Below are positions 26,328-37,154 of a stretch of 64,000 nucleotides of DNA, one piece after another. The translations under genes and the position numbers were made by a program. The stretch's first letter is position 1; every line of letters begins with the position of its first letter. The notes under the pieces were generated by a model. That model made no database searches and was not told the origin of the DNA. It saw only the letters and a list, made by a program, of their open reading frames with translations. The DNA lies in assembly GCA_964270895.1 (NCBI GenBank), contig OZ185436.1, one strand, 5' to 3'. The stretch is from Podarcis filfolensis (lineage: Eukaryota).

Positions 26328-26478
26328 ACCTTCAGAAGACATCTGAAGGCAGCCCTGTATAGGGAAGTTTTTTAATTTTTAATGTTTTATTATGTTGGGA
26401 AGCCACCCAGAGTGGCTGGGGCAACCCAGTCAGATGGGTAGAGTATAAATAATAAATTTATTATTATTATTATTATTA
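26328..26478 (+). mobile_element. L2 tail inserted in a gggacagtccc-type DNA element (about 26150-26530)
   Basis: agaagacatctgaaggcagccctg ... cccagagtggctggggcaacccag ... (ATT)n. Confidence 0.75.
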
Positions 26479-26699
26479 TGGAATAGGACGTCCCTGTTTT
26501 CAGTGGAGAAATGTTGGAGCGTATGCAATAGCTGTTGATGGACTCCAAAAAGTAAATCCAGAGTATTTTTTTTACAAAATGAAGGAACCCTTTTGTCTCA
26601 TTGCCTGTTCCAAATTGCAGGTACATCTGTCTTTTCTCATGAACTCAGTACTTGGGTGTTCTGCTGCTGCCAATAGTGATGAATCCCCGTGCTCTGTGT

Positions 26700-27060
26700 T
26701 AATTTTTATTTTTTCTTTATTGTATATTTTCAATGAAGACAACATTCATATACAAATTTCACTATCCACTAATCAAACACAATGATTCATAATATAAAGA
26801 ATACTGTTGTGTACAGCACCCTGACATTCATTGTTCCAAAACTCTTTAATAAATAAATACTGTACCACTTTCTTATGAAAAAAATCAGAATTTGCTTTCA
26901 TTTCCTCATATTTCTTAAAATATGCCATGTTTTCCAAAACAGTCTGAAATAGGAGCAATATCTCTTCCAGTAACTTGCAAGGCATATCTTGCAGCCATCA
27001 ACTCATTATTCATCTCTTTCAAGTGCAAAATTCTTCAAATGATGTAGTAGGACCACATGA
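26700..27060 (-). mobile_element. Degenerate L1-like 3' fragment
   Basis: WKTW-like/ENMAYFKKYEEMKA..F.KK segment and A-rich tail. Confidence 0.45.
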
Positions 27061-27283
27061 GACTCCATTGAGAAATAATAACCTGTAATTTCATTTTGCT
27101 AACTTAGACATTTCCCCCCCCCCCCACAAAATTGGTTAATTACTGGGCATGCCTAAAACCTGGGGGGGGGGGGATCAGCAGGTGCTGCAAACCACAGCAT
27201 TTATTTGTATTTATTCAATAGAGTTTCATTTTTTTCCACATGAGCCCTCAAAGTGGCTCTCAAAACATTAAAACATTCAATTA

Positions 27284-27619
27284 GGTAAAGGGTAAAGGGA
27301 CCCCTGACCATTAGGTCCAGTCGTGACCGACTCTGGGGTTGCGGTGCTCATCTCGCTTTATTGGCCAAGGGAGCCGGTGTACAGCTTCTGGGTCATGTGG
27401 CCAGCATGACTAAGCCGCTTCTGGCAAACCAGAGCTGCACACGGAAATGCCGTTTACCTTCCCACCTACTTGCACTTTGACGTGCTTTTGAACTGCTAGG
27501 TTGGCAGAAGCAGGGACTGAGCAACAGGAGCTCACCCCGTCGCAGGGATTCGAACCGCTGACCTTCTGATTGGCAAGTCCTAGGCTCTGTGGTTTAACCC
27601 ACAGCGCCACCCAAGTCCC
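27284..27619 (-). mobile_element. Sauria SINE
   Basis: Reverse copy of the 3353 element; TSD aaaacattcaatta at 27270-27283 and 27621-27634. Confidence 0.92.
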
Positions 27620-28433
27620 AAAAACATTCAATTAAAACCATAAAAATGTTTATATATATATAATACATACACACACACACTAGAATACAATACTTAGGAA
27701 TGGGGAATAAATTTGATTCAGCCCATGCTTAAAAGTTTACCTACCAAATTTGCAGTTTCTGAATCAATACACAAACCAAAAAATAGCTTTTGAAATTGGC
27801 ACTACTCCAAATTTTGCAATGCAGCTCTCCAGCCAATAATGTTTACCAAAAGGAAAAAAAATACACTTGGGTAAAGTGTGCATAAGAATGCACAGATTAG
27901 TGAAAATAACATACAAAATTGCATAAGGGAAGATTGCTTTGTGAAAATGTGTATATTGCAGAAAATTGCATAGGAAAATGGATACTAGGCAAAAATCACA
28001 CTAAAATGCTGGTGAATTCTCATGAAGACTTTTTAAAAAATGCAAACTTATATGGAAATATGGAGAACTGAACTTAAGACTAAAAAAGATGAAAAGAAAC
28101 AGAAATTGACAGATATGTCAGTCCCTTTTCAGTATGTAAGGAGCAGTGCGATGTGTATAAGGGAAAAACAGGCCAGAATTTTCAAGCAGTGAGTTCCAGA
28201 ACGAAAAGCTGAGCAAACAAAAAAACCTCCCGTACATAGAAAATGTTTAGTTCCTCTGATCATGTGGGAGGAGTGCAGGAAAAGAGTCAAATTTTAGCTG
28301 TTCCAGGAAATCAGGCATGTAATGGGTATATTCTCTCTCCCCCTTCCTCTGTAGGCTTTCCCACAGTTGGTCTTCCACAACTGCTCTGGTCATGAAGAGG
28401 TCAGTCCAGTTGAACCAGAAGTTGGCATGTAAT

Positions 28434-29236
28434 TGTCAGGAGTTAAGAAGAAGAAGAAGAGTTTGGATTTGATATCCTGCTTTATCACTACCCTAAGGAG
28501 TCTCAAAGCGGCTAACATTCTCCTTTCCCTTCCTCCCCCACAACAAACACTCTGTGAGGTGAGTGGGGCTGAGAGACTTCAAAGAAGTGTGACTAGCCCA
28601 AGGTCACCCAGCAGCTGCATGTGGAGGAGCGGAGACGCGAACCCGGTTCACCAGATTACGAGTCCACTGCTCTTAACCACTACACCACACTGGCTCTCAC
28701 ACCATGCAAGTTGGAGTTAACTCTTTATTAAGAACACAATCTGCACAGATTTAGTGGAGTGTCAGGCCTAATAAGCACAGCAGCTCATCCCCGGTAGGTC
28801 ATGCCTGATGGATTAGTTGCCGAGACTGAAAGTCCCCCACCTTGCCCCACCTCTCCAGGGCTTTTTCCAAGCAAGTGGAGACTGCTCCTGTGTGCAGACA
28901 ACCTCTTCTCTGCCCTTTTCATGCCTCTTCTGGTTCTGGGAAACAAGGTGGGAGGTGAGCTCATCACAGCAGGATCATCTCTGCCTTCTGCTATCCTGTA
29001 TCCTATTCTCCTGCTTCAGCTTCTGACTCTGACTCTGGACTTCTCTCTGACATAGACTCTCCTAGCTCACCAAGCCCTGTTATCTCTTCAGCTTCTGACA
29101 CCTCCTCCTCCCAGTCTTCTCGCTCTGACCACCCATCGTTGCCCCACCACAAATCCCCAGGTTCTAAGTCTTCTTCCCTTGCGGGTTCCCCATCTAGTTC
29201 CCCCATTATTCTTCTGTTTCCTACCACTCTACGACA
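28434..29236 (-). mobile_element. Solo LTR (Gypsy-like) containing a nested SINE
   Basis: TGTC...GACA ends; 5-bp TSD gtaat at 28429-28433 and 29237-29241; AATAAA on minus at 28724-28729. Confidence 0.85.
28445..28698 (-). mobile_element. Squam3-like tRNA/MIR-derived SINE nested in solo LTR
   Basis: Head gagccagtgtggtgtagtggttaagag, body ...cacagagtgtttgttgtggggga..., (CTT)n tail. Confidence 0.88.
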
Positions 29237-31585
29237 GTAATGCTTGAATAGGGACCACACAAACTAACTATCTAAGTACATATGATAGTTATATTTAAAA
29301 TCTACTATCTTCTTCAAAATCATTCAACACCAGTCACCTCACTGCATAACTGATAAAACAAGTTTACGTGATCATATCATATGCACAAATTGATCACGCT
29401 CTGCATGTTACTGAGGCATCCAGGAAACACTGCAAATAATTTGGAGTTCTATTAATTATAATCTTATCCTCAGTCTTGTTTGCGTAATGGGCTGCAACAC
29501 TGCCCTCCATTGAGTAGGCTGAATGGCCTTTTTGAACTCCTTACTCGAAGCTTCCACGTGCTTCTGAAATATTACGCATCATAAACTGCCACCACTGGGT
29601 GAGGTGGTTCTGGTGTATTTTGTAATAGTTCTATTGCTGATGGAGTCTCTGAAATTGCACAAGCATTTCACACTAGGTTTTGTTGTCAAATAGATGTATA
29701 AGCTGCAAATGAAGTAATGCCATCTATGTGGGATGGTAAAGAGCACCTGTTTTGCCATACTACAAAACTTGGCAGAGCACCATTGTTACTGGTAACATCC
29801 TCAAAGGTTTGTAAGTCTCTTCCCTCCCCCCAGTAGAGACTTTCCTTCCCATGTTCCAAATTGGATTGTGCCATACTGAACCTAAGGACCCAAAGTACAC
29901 AATCCTTTATTCACAGTCTGCCAGCTGCAGAGCTTTAGGAATCTGTAGAAGCCTTACTCTGCTGGCAGAAGCCCATGCTCCCATTAAAGGAGTGTAGGAT
30001 ACAGAGTCCATGCTATGCGTCCATGCAATGACTCCCCCAGTTAACTGTCCCCTGACACACCTTTGCTGGGTTGTTCAATGGGTGTATCAAGGCTGTTCTT
30101 CTGGTACATCTGTCATGGTGGCCATGTGTTTGGTATTCTAGGAACATAAGAAACTGCCGCATATTGAGTTAGACCACAAGTCCATCTAGTTCAGTGTTGT
30201 CTACATTAATAGGAGGCAGGTCTCCAGGGTTTTAGGTGAGGGACATTCCCAGCTCTACCAGGAAAGGCAGCAGGGGCCTTCTGCATCCAAAGCCAGTCTC
30301 CAGGTGCTTCTGCCAAATCCTATAGCTACTTAGCCAGCAGATTGGGACCTGCTGTACTACTTTCCTCCGGTTAATTTTGCGATCTTGACATTTCACTGAA
30401 GCTGTTAGTAAGTTCCAAAACCATTCAATATGTGAAAGTGTGAAAGGCTTGCCATCTACATATAAAAGTATTTTAGTCTGCCTCCATTGTATCTTAATCT
30501 CTAGTTACGCTGCCAGAGGCAGTATTTCTCTGAATACCAGTTGCTGGGAATCACAAGTGGGCAGAGTGTTGTTGTGCTCATGTGCTGCTTGCAGGCTTCC
30601 CATGAGCTTCTGGTTGGACACAGTGAGAAGAGGATGTTGGACTGGAAGGACCATTGCCCCATTGCCCAGATCCAGCAGGCTCTTATCCTACCGAACTGCA
30701 CAAGTTACTGTAGTGCAAGGTTAACTAAAACAGAGATGAAGGCAAATGCTGTTTCGTATCTCTGCGCAAAGCAAATAATGTTAAGCAGCAGCCATTGATG
30801 ATTATTGTAGTAGATGCTGGACTGTTGTTGTAGTAGTAGTTGTTAGATTAAATTTATATACCAACCTATACCCACAGGTCTCAGAGGGGTTCACAGGATA
30901 AAATCACAATATGAAAACACAAAATACATAAAGTAAAAACAGGAACAACCCAATAACTCCCCGCAAACAACCAGAGAGGGAATATAGAATTTAAAACACA
31001 CATACACAATATTTGCAACAAAACATATAAAAATAAGAACCCATCAGGTATCATCAAGCAGTTAGCATGGGGAAAAATAATGATGATATGGCTGTTTTTC
31101 AATAGTGAATAAATAGGGAGTTAGCAAAAAACTAACACAGACAAAATATTTTTCAGCATCTGACGACAAGATTCCTAATGCATGAGTATTCTTTGTTTAT
31201 TTGCTATAATTATATTCAGTTATATTCTTACTTTTTCTGCTCCATGAATATAGTTAGCAAAGCCTGCTTGATCTTGCTAGAAAACCGCAGATTTAGTGAA
31301 GACTTTGGATATAATTTCTGTATTAAGAGTAATTGTTGATTAATTAACCTGGGAGCATGCATAACACATTTCTTGGGCAAGTAGATTTAAGACACAAAGA
31401 TAGCTTACATCATCTTGAGATTTATAGCCTGCTCTGGATCTGCCCAGGAAGCTACTGTACATGCAACTCTAACCCAGAAATATTTATGGAGGAGGAAGTT
31501 CTACATAATGCAATGTCATGTATTACTAAACACAAGTTTCAGTGACACCATTGGATCTTACTTATGAACAAACACTATCAAGGAT

Positions 31586-32198
31586 AATTTTTTCCTTCCA
31601 GTAGCACCTTAAAGACCAACTAAGTTAGTTCTTGGTATGAGCTTTCGTGTGCATGCACACTTCTTCAGATACACTGAAACAGAAGTTGCCAGATCCTTCT
31701 ATATAGTGAGAAGGTGAGGAGGGGTATTACTCAGAAGGGTGGTGGGAATGGGTGATTGGCAGATAGCTGTGATGAGCCTGTTGACAACTCTTAACGACTG
31801 CAATAGGTCTTACAGGAAAAAGCAAGGGGTGAGAAGGTGAAAAATGGCTTTGTCATGTATAATGAGATAAGAATCCAATGTCTTTGTTCAGACCAGGTCT
31901 CTCCATGGTTTTAAGTTTGGAAATGAGTTGCAATTCAGCAGCTTCTCTTTCCAGTCTATTTCTGAAATTCCTTTGTAGTAATACAGCTACTTTGAGATCT
32001 TGTATAGAATGTCCTGGGAGATTTAAATATTTAATTGCTCATCGTCTAACATTGTATATGCCATCAAATGCCAACAGTGTCCTTCAGCTCTCTATATTGG
32101 ACAAACAGGCCAAACCTTACGCCAAAGAATAAACGGACATAAATCGGACATCAAGAATCACAAGACAGAGAAACCAGTAGGAGAACACTTCAATCTCC
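31586..32198. mobile_element. 5'-inverted Penelope-like element fragment (GIY-YIG endonuclease plus 3' UTR)
   Basis: Minus 32023 leftward: NLPGHSIQDLKVAVLLQRNFRNRLEREAAELQLISKLKTMERPGLNKDIGFLSHYT* then 3' UTR; plus 32027-32197: IFNCSSSNIVYAIKCQQCPSALYIGQTGQTLRQRINGHKSDIKNHKTEKPVGEHFNL. Confidence 0.88.
31635..31672 (-). ncRNA. Minimal type I hammerhead ribozyme motif in Penelope-like 3' UTR
   Basis: Identical 38-mer to 21735-21772. Confidence 0.75.
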
Positions 32199-32370
32199 TT
32201 TCCCTTCCTCCCCCACAACAAACACTCTGTGAGGTGAGTGGGGCTGAGAGACTTTAGAGAAGTATGACTAGCCCAAGGTCACCCAGCAGCTGCACGTGGA
32301 GGAGCGGAGACACGAACCCGGTTCCCCAGATTACGAGTCTACTGCTCTTAACCACTACACCACACTGGCT
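32191..32370 (-). mobile_element. Squam3-like SINE, 3' truncated, fused to Penelope fragment
   Basis: Head and body present, tail absent; junction shares caatctcc with the endonuclease fragment. Confidence 0.85.
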
Positions 32371-33473
32371 TTCAATGGCTATTCGCTATGATGGCCATGC
32401 TTTCCCTCCACAGCTGGAGGCAGCAATACTCCTGAATACCATTTGCTGGAAACCACAGGAGGGAAGCTTGTTCTTGTGCTTGAATTCTGCTTAAAGGTTT
32501 CCCACAGACATCTGGTTGGCCACTGTGAGAACAGTGATGCTGGACAAGTTGGGCAACTGAACTGATCCAGCAGGCTGTTCTTATTCCCACAAATTGTAAA
32601 GCTGAAGGAGTATCCCTGATTAAGTCCCTAATTGCCATTCTCGAAGCAAAAAATAAAAATGAAATTGCTGAACTTACGAAGAAGTTTGATTGTATCCTTT
32701 TGGGACTGAACCCATATAATGGTTTCCTGTCCTGCTGCGGGTCTTAATTAACATAGCAAAACTGGTGTGCTTATGTTGCCACCATGTAGTGCTATTGCAA
32801 ATAGTAACTTTGTTTATCTTAAAGCTTCACATGGAGCTGTCACAGATATCTGATGAAGCAGAATCTAAGCCATGGGAACTTGTGCTACAGTACATGCATT
32901 AGCCTTTAACATATCACAAGACTATGGTTTGAAATCTCCTAGGTATATGCGATACTTTAAAACATCTGCCTGCAAACTTTTACATGCATGTGCTTTTTAT
33001 ATTGTGCTTTTGGAGCTCAGGACTGCAAAAACCTGGCAAAATCTGCCACCTGGAGGACTGTGTTGAGAAATGCCTTTTCTTTTTTAAGCTAATTTTCTCT
33101 TCTGGGTAATATATAAAAAAAGAATGTAGAATGCAGATGAATGCTTGTGGGAAAGTATTTGGGAGTTTATATACACACATAAAAATTGCATGGATGACAT
33201 ATTGCATGTCTAAACTTCTGTCCGGTTGTAGCCATAATCTTTTGATCAAATAAGAGAAAATGCAAAAAAGGGGAAAGGGGAAAGTTAGCGGTTAGGATCA
33301 CTTCAAACAGTACAGATTTCCTATGCTGAAACAAACAAAAGTAAGAAAGCCAGGTGCAGACCACTCCGGAATAAGTTTTTTCTGTTGCTCTTTAAAGTGA
33401 TGTTTTCCTAATTATTTTATGAGCTTTTACATACTTTGTGGTTTCATGTTTTTTATTGTTATGTACTTCCATA

Positions 33474-33825
33474 GGGACGCGGGTTGCGCTCTGGGTTAAA
33501 CCACAGAGCCTAGGGCTTGCCGATCAGAAGGTTGACGGTTCGAATCACCGCAATGAGGTGAGCTCCCTTTGTTCGGTCCCTGCTCCTGCCCACCTAGCAG
33601 TTTGAAAGCACGCCAGTGCAAGTAGATAAATAGGTACTGCTCCGGTGGGAAGGTAAACGGCATTTCCGTGTGCAGCTCTGGTTCGGCAGAAGCAGCTTAG
33701 TCATGCTGGCCACATGACCCGGAAGTTGTACGCTGGCTCCCTCGGCCAATAAAGCGAGATGAGCGCCACAACCCTAGAGTTGGTCACGACTGGACCTAAT
33801 GGTTAGGGATCCCTTTACCTTTACT
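33474..33825 (+). mobile_element. Sauria SINE inserted at the head of an older Squam2-like SINE
   Basis: Full length; TSD tacttccata at 33464-33473 and 33826-33835. Confidence 0.92.
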
Positions 33826-34561
33826 TACTTCCATAGCTCAGTGATATAGCATAGTTTTTGCATGCAGAAGGTTCCAGGTCCAATCTCTGGCCTCTTCTTG
33901 TAAGGCTGGGAAAGATTCCTGAAACCTTGGAGCCGCCAATCCGTGTAAGCAAAGTCAGTGCCAAAATGGATAAAGCAGTTTGTACATTTTTACATACCCT
34001 GAGCAAATTGCATTAGAAAGTCAGTGTAGGTATTTTGGAAATAAATGCAAAAATGCATCTGAGGTGCTGAAGGCATCCATTGGAGAAATCCAGGAACTGG
34101 TACCTCTGTTGAAATAGATGGTAATGGGTTGACCTTACATAGATAACCACATGAATCAATCATATTCTGGAAGACAGCCCTAGATATTTATCCTTAGGAC
34201 TTTTGATCTACTTTGCAGGTGTAATGATGAAATGAGGCAGTCTTTCCAGAGAAGACTGTCGCAAGCTTCATTGGTATCCGGTCATTTGGGTGACATGGAA
34301 ACAGCTGTCACCTCAGATTTACTGACTAACGTCGGTAGCAAATTATGCTAAAAGATATTTGAAGCAGTTTCGCATATGTTGGCACCATTAAGTAAATTAT
34401 AACTTGCAACTGTGTGTGATTCACACAGCAAATTTGCCACCCAAACTGGGAGGGGTATGAGATCAGGGTACCCACAAACAGCTTGGGCACGGTTAGAAGC
34501 TCCCTTTGCTGTACAAATTGAAAAGAGATAAGCTTCTCCACTGAAGAGCAGGAAAATACAG

Positions 34562-34700
34562 TAAAAACAAGCAGGAGTCTTGTGGCACCTGAAAAACTAG
34601 CCAATTTATTATAGTGGAAGCTTTTGTGGATGACAGCCCACTTCATCAGATGCATGATGTCCTATCCTGAGTTACAGGTATATGCACACATGGCTAGAGG
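34562..34700 (-). mobile_element. Older Penelope-like 3' end with degenerate hammerhead
   Basis: Minus: gcat-ctgatga-a-gtgggctgtcatccac-aaaa-gctt...caggtgccacaagactcc; GAAA core mutated to AAAA. Confidence 0.6.
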
Positions 34701-34775
34701 GAATTGTAAACAGTATGGGAAGAATTCGACGGTATACTATGATTGTTCTGTCAGCGCAAGTGTTTCTGCTTAGCA

Positions 34776-34993
34776 CAGGGGTCAGCAAGCTTTTTCAGCA
34801 GGGGGCTGGTCCTCTGTCCCTCAGACCTTGTGGGGGCCAGACTATATTTTGAAAAGAAAAAAAGAATGCATTTTAAATAAAATAACACATACTACTCATG
34901 TAAAAACACACTGATTCCCGGACCATCCGTGGGCTGGATTTAGAAGGCGATTGGGCCAGATCTGGCCCCCAGGCCTTAGTTTGCCTACCCATG
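34776..34993. mobile_element. hAT MITE
   Basis: Ends caggggtcagcaa / tttgcctacccatg; 8-bp TSD gcttagca at 34768-34775 and 34994-35001. Confidence 0.9.
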
Positions 34994-35286
34994 GCTTAGC
35001 AGATAGAACAAGCCCCCTCTTCCCCCAGTGTTCTGTAGGATTTCCCAACCATCCAGAGTGGATTTGGGGAAGATATGGGGGACACATGGGAGGAAGGGGG
35101 GAAGCCCTATGGTGCTAGCAGGAGCTCTTGTACCGGCTTCTGCAAGCATATCAGGTTAATTGACTCTGAGCCTATTTCTCAGTGTTAATTCCTTTGCCCC
35201 CCCCCCCCCCAAATGGTGATAATAGTACTACTTTGCAAAGTATTCTGAAGTGTTTTTTTATTATGTGAAACACACACACACACTTA

Positions 35287-35512
35287 CAGTGGTACCTCAG
35301 GTTACATACGCTTCAGGTTACAGACTCCGCTAACCCAGAAATAGTACCTCGGGTTAAGAACTTTGCATCAGGATGAGAACAGAAATTGTGCTCTGGTGGC
35401 GCAATGGCAGCAGGAGGCCCCATTAGCTAAAGTGGTGCTTTAGGTTAAGAACAGTTTCGGGTTAAGAACGGACCTCCAGAATGAATTAAGTACTTAACCC
35501 GAGGTACCAATG
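35287..35512. mobile_element. Tc1/mariner MITE, family B
   Basis: TA-cagtggtacctcagg ... cccgaggtaccaatg-TA. Confidence 0.88.
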
Positions 35513-36086
35513 TAATGAGAAGGAATTCAGCCCAGCATTTTGGTGTAGAGGACATCACATGGACTCTTAAGAGAATCTTGCATGCATTAGGAACAGCGAT
35601 CCCACCAGGAACACCTATTTGGTGTTGGTGACTTGTGGAAGTCAGTTGGCAGTTCACCACACCTCAGACAGTGTGTTGTATCAACAGAATATGCAGAGCC
35701 CAAGCCGTGTCTTCAGAGATTTCCCGCTTCCAGCAGAACAGCTTCTTCCAGAGTCTCTGGTTTAGAAAAGCTCCTCTCCCACACAGTTCAAAGTAACAAA
35801 GTGTTTATTGTCTCCAGACATAAGACAAAGCTAAACACTGCTATCTAATATATACAGTTCTTCTGGACTTTGAAATACAGATACATATGTACAGAGAGAT
35901 TTACTAACACTATCACCATACTTGCTAATGCTGCTGTGTAAAACCCACAGCCTCTTCCCCCTACTCTTGGAGATTCAGAGTCAGACCCTGACAGCAAACA
36001 GGGCAGGACACAAACATGCAACAGGACAAAATGAAAGCAATGCCCTAGAGACTGTTATACCCACTCATGAACCAACAGGCAGGTGA

Positions 36087-36135
36087 ATGACTCAGCAAGT
36101 CATACCCTCAACCTTGCTGGTGTTGCTATGGTAAC
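36087..36135 (+). promoter_or_regulatory. Antioxidant response element plus RFX X-box
   Basis: ATGACTCAGCA at 36087-36097 and GTTGCTATGGTAAC at 36122-36135. Confidence 0.4.
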
Positions 36136-36600
36136 CCAGTGCATCTGCTCTCTTATCTCTGAACATCCAGATGTGGGGGGATATGCTAACTCGAGACAAG
36201 AGACCAAGTGCTGTGTGATTTAACCCATTGTTCACATTGCACCAACATCTGGAAGAAGCTCTAGACTTGGAACTTAGCTCCAGCTAAGCAGGTCTGAGAT
36301 TCTGGTTCTAGATTTAAGGGATGTGCAGCAATTCACCACGTATCTGTATCATGTGGAAACAACCTGATCTGTTTCAGATTGTGTCATTCCAATCCAGTTC
36401 TTTATTCTAGTCAGAATTTGATCTGCTAAGAAGCCAAAGTGGCAAAAATTCATTGGGTAGGATTCACCTAAACAATTAACAGCTGGCAGAAGCCCTGTAC
36501 ACAGACTTCTGTTTGCACAATGGGCCTTTGCCCCTTCTCCTTCCACCCTGCCACCCTGAAATTGTCTTGCAGGGCAGGAGAACCCCAAGAACAATGTGTG

Positions 36601-36650
36601 AGGAGAGGAGAGGAGAGGAGAGGAGAGGAGAGGAGAGGAGAGGAGAGGAG
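36601..36650. repeat. (AGGAG)n pentanucleotide microsatellite
   Basis: Direct reading; source of the spurious EERRG/LLSSP ORFs. Confidence 0.92.
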
Positions 36651-37117
36651 GGTGATCCCATCTCGCAAGCTGCAATGCTTGCACAGACAGAATGCTTGGA
36701 AGAGCACGATATTGAATTCTACCTATTGATTACAGTAACAATTATTATTTATTAGCAAGTAGAAGCCTTGTATTCCCAATGTACTGAGATTTGTGAATAT
36801 CTTGCCTTCTAAGTTTTTCTTTTCTTTGTTTTGGTTTTTGTTCTGCTTAGAGTTGATTGATGATATAGTTTCTTTCTGTTTTATTAGCAATTCTGTTTTT
36901 AAAGGTTTATGTACATTTGGCAAGTTACTGAACACAAATATTGTAAGAAACAACACAATAGTCAGGAGCTCTGTTTTACCCATATTGACTTTAATGGAGA
37001 ATGTAAAAATGGCTGTAACATTTCCTCCCTTTTCACATAAGTGGAAGGAATTTGCAGGCAGAAGAACCCTTCTAGAGTGGATTGAGCCTGCCAACTATAA
37101 GACAGACCTATCAAGGG

Positions 37118-37154
37118 TTTGTGTGTGTGTGTGCGTGTGTGTGTGTGTGTGTGT
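37118..37154. repeat. (GT)n microsatellite
   Basis: Direct reading. Confidence 0.92.

Noticed and set aside
33044-33060. CTCF-like motif (CCTCCAGGTGGCAG on minus)
   Set aside because: Single degenerate match; cannot be separated from chance without a PWM score or ChIP data.
36349-36755. Cluster of ORFs with EERRG/LLSSP repeats
   Set aside because: Translations of the (AGGAG)n microsatellite.
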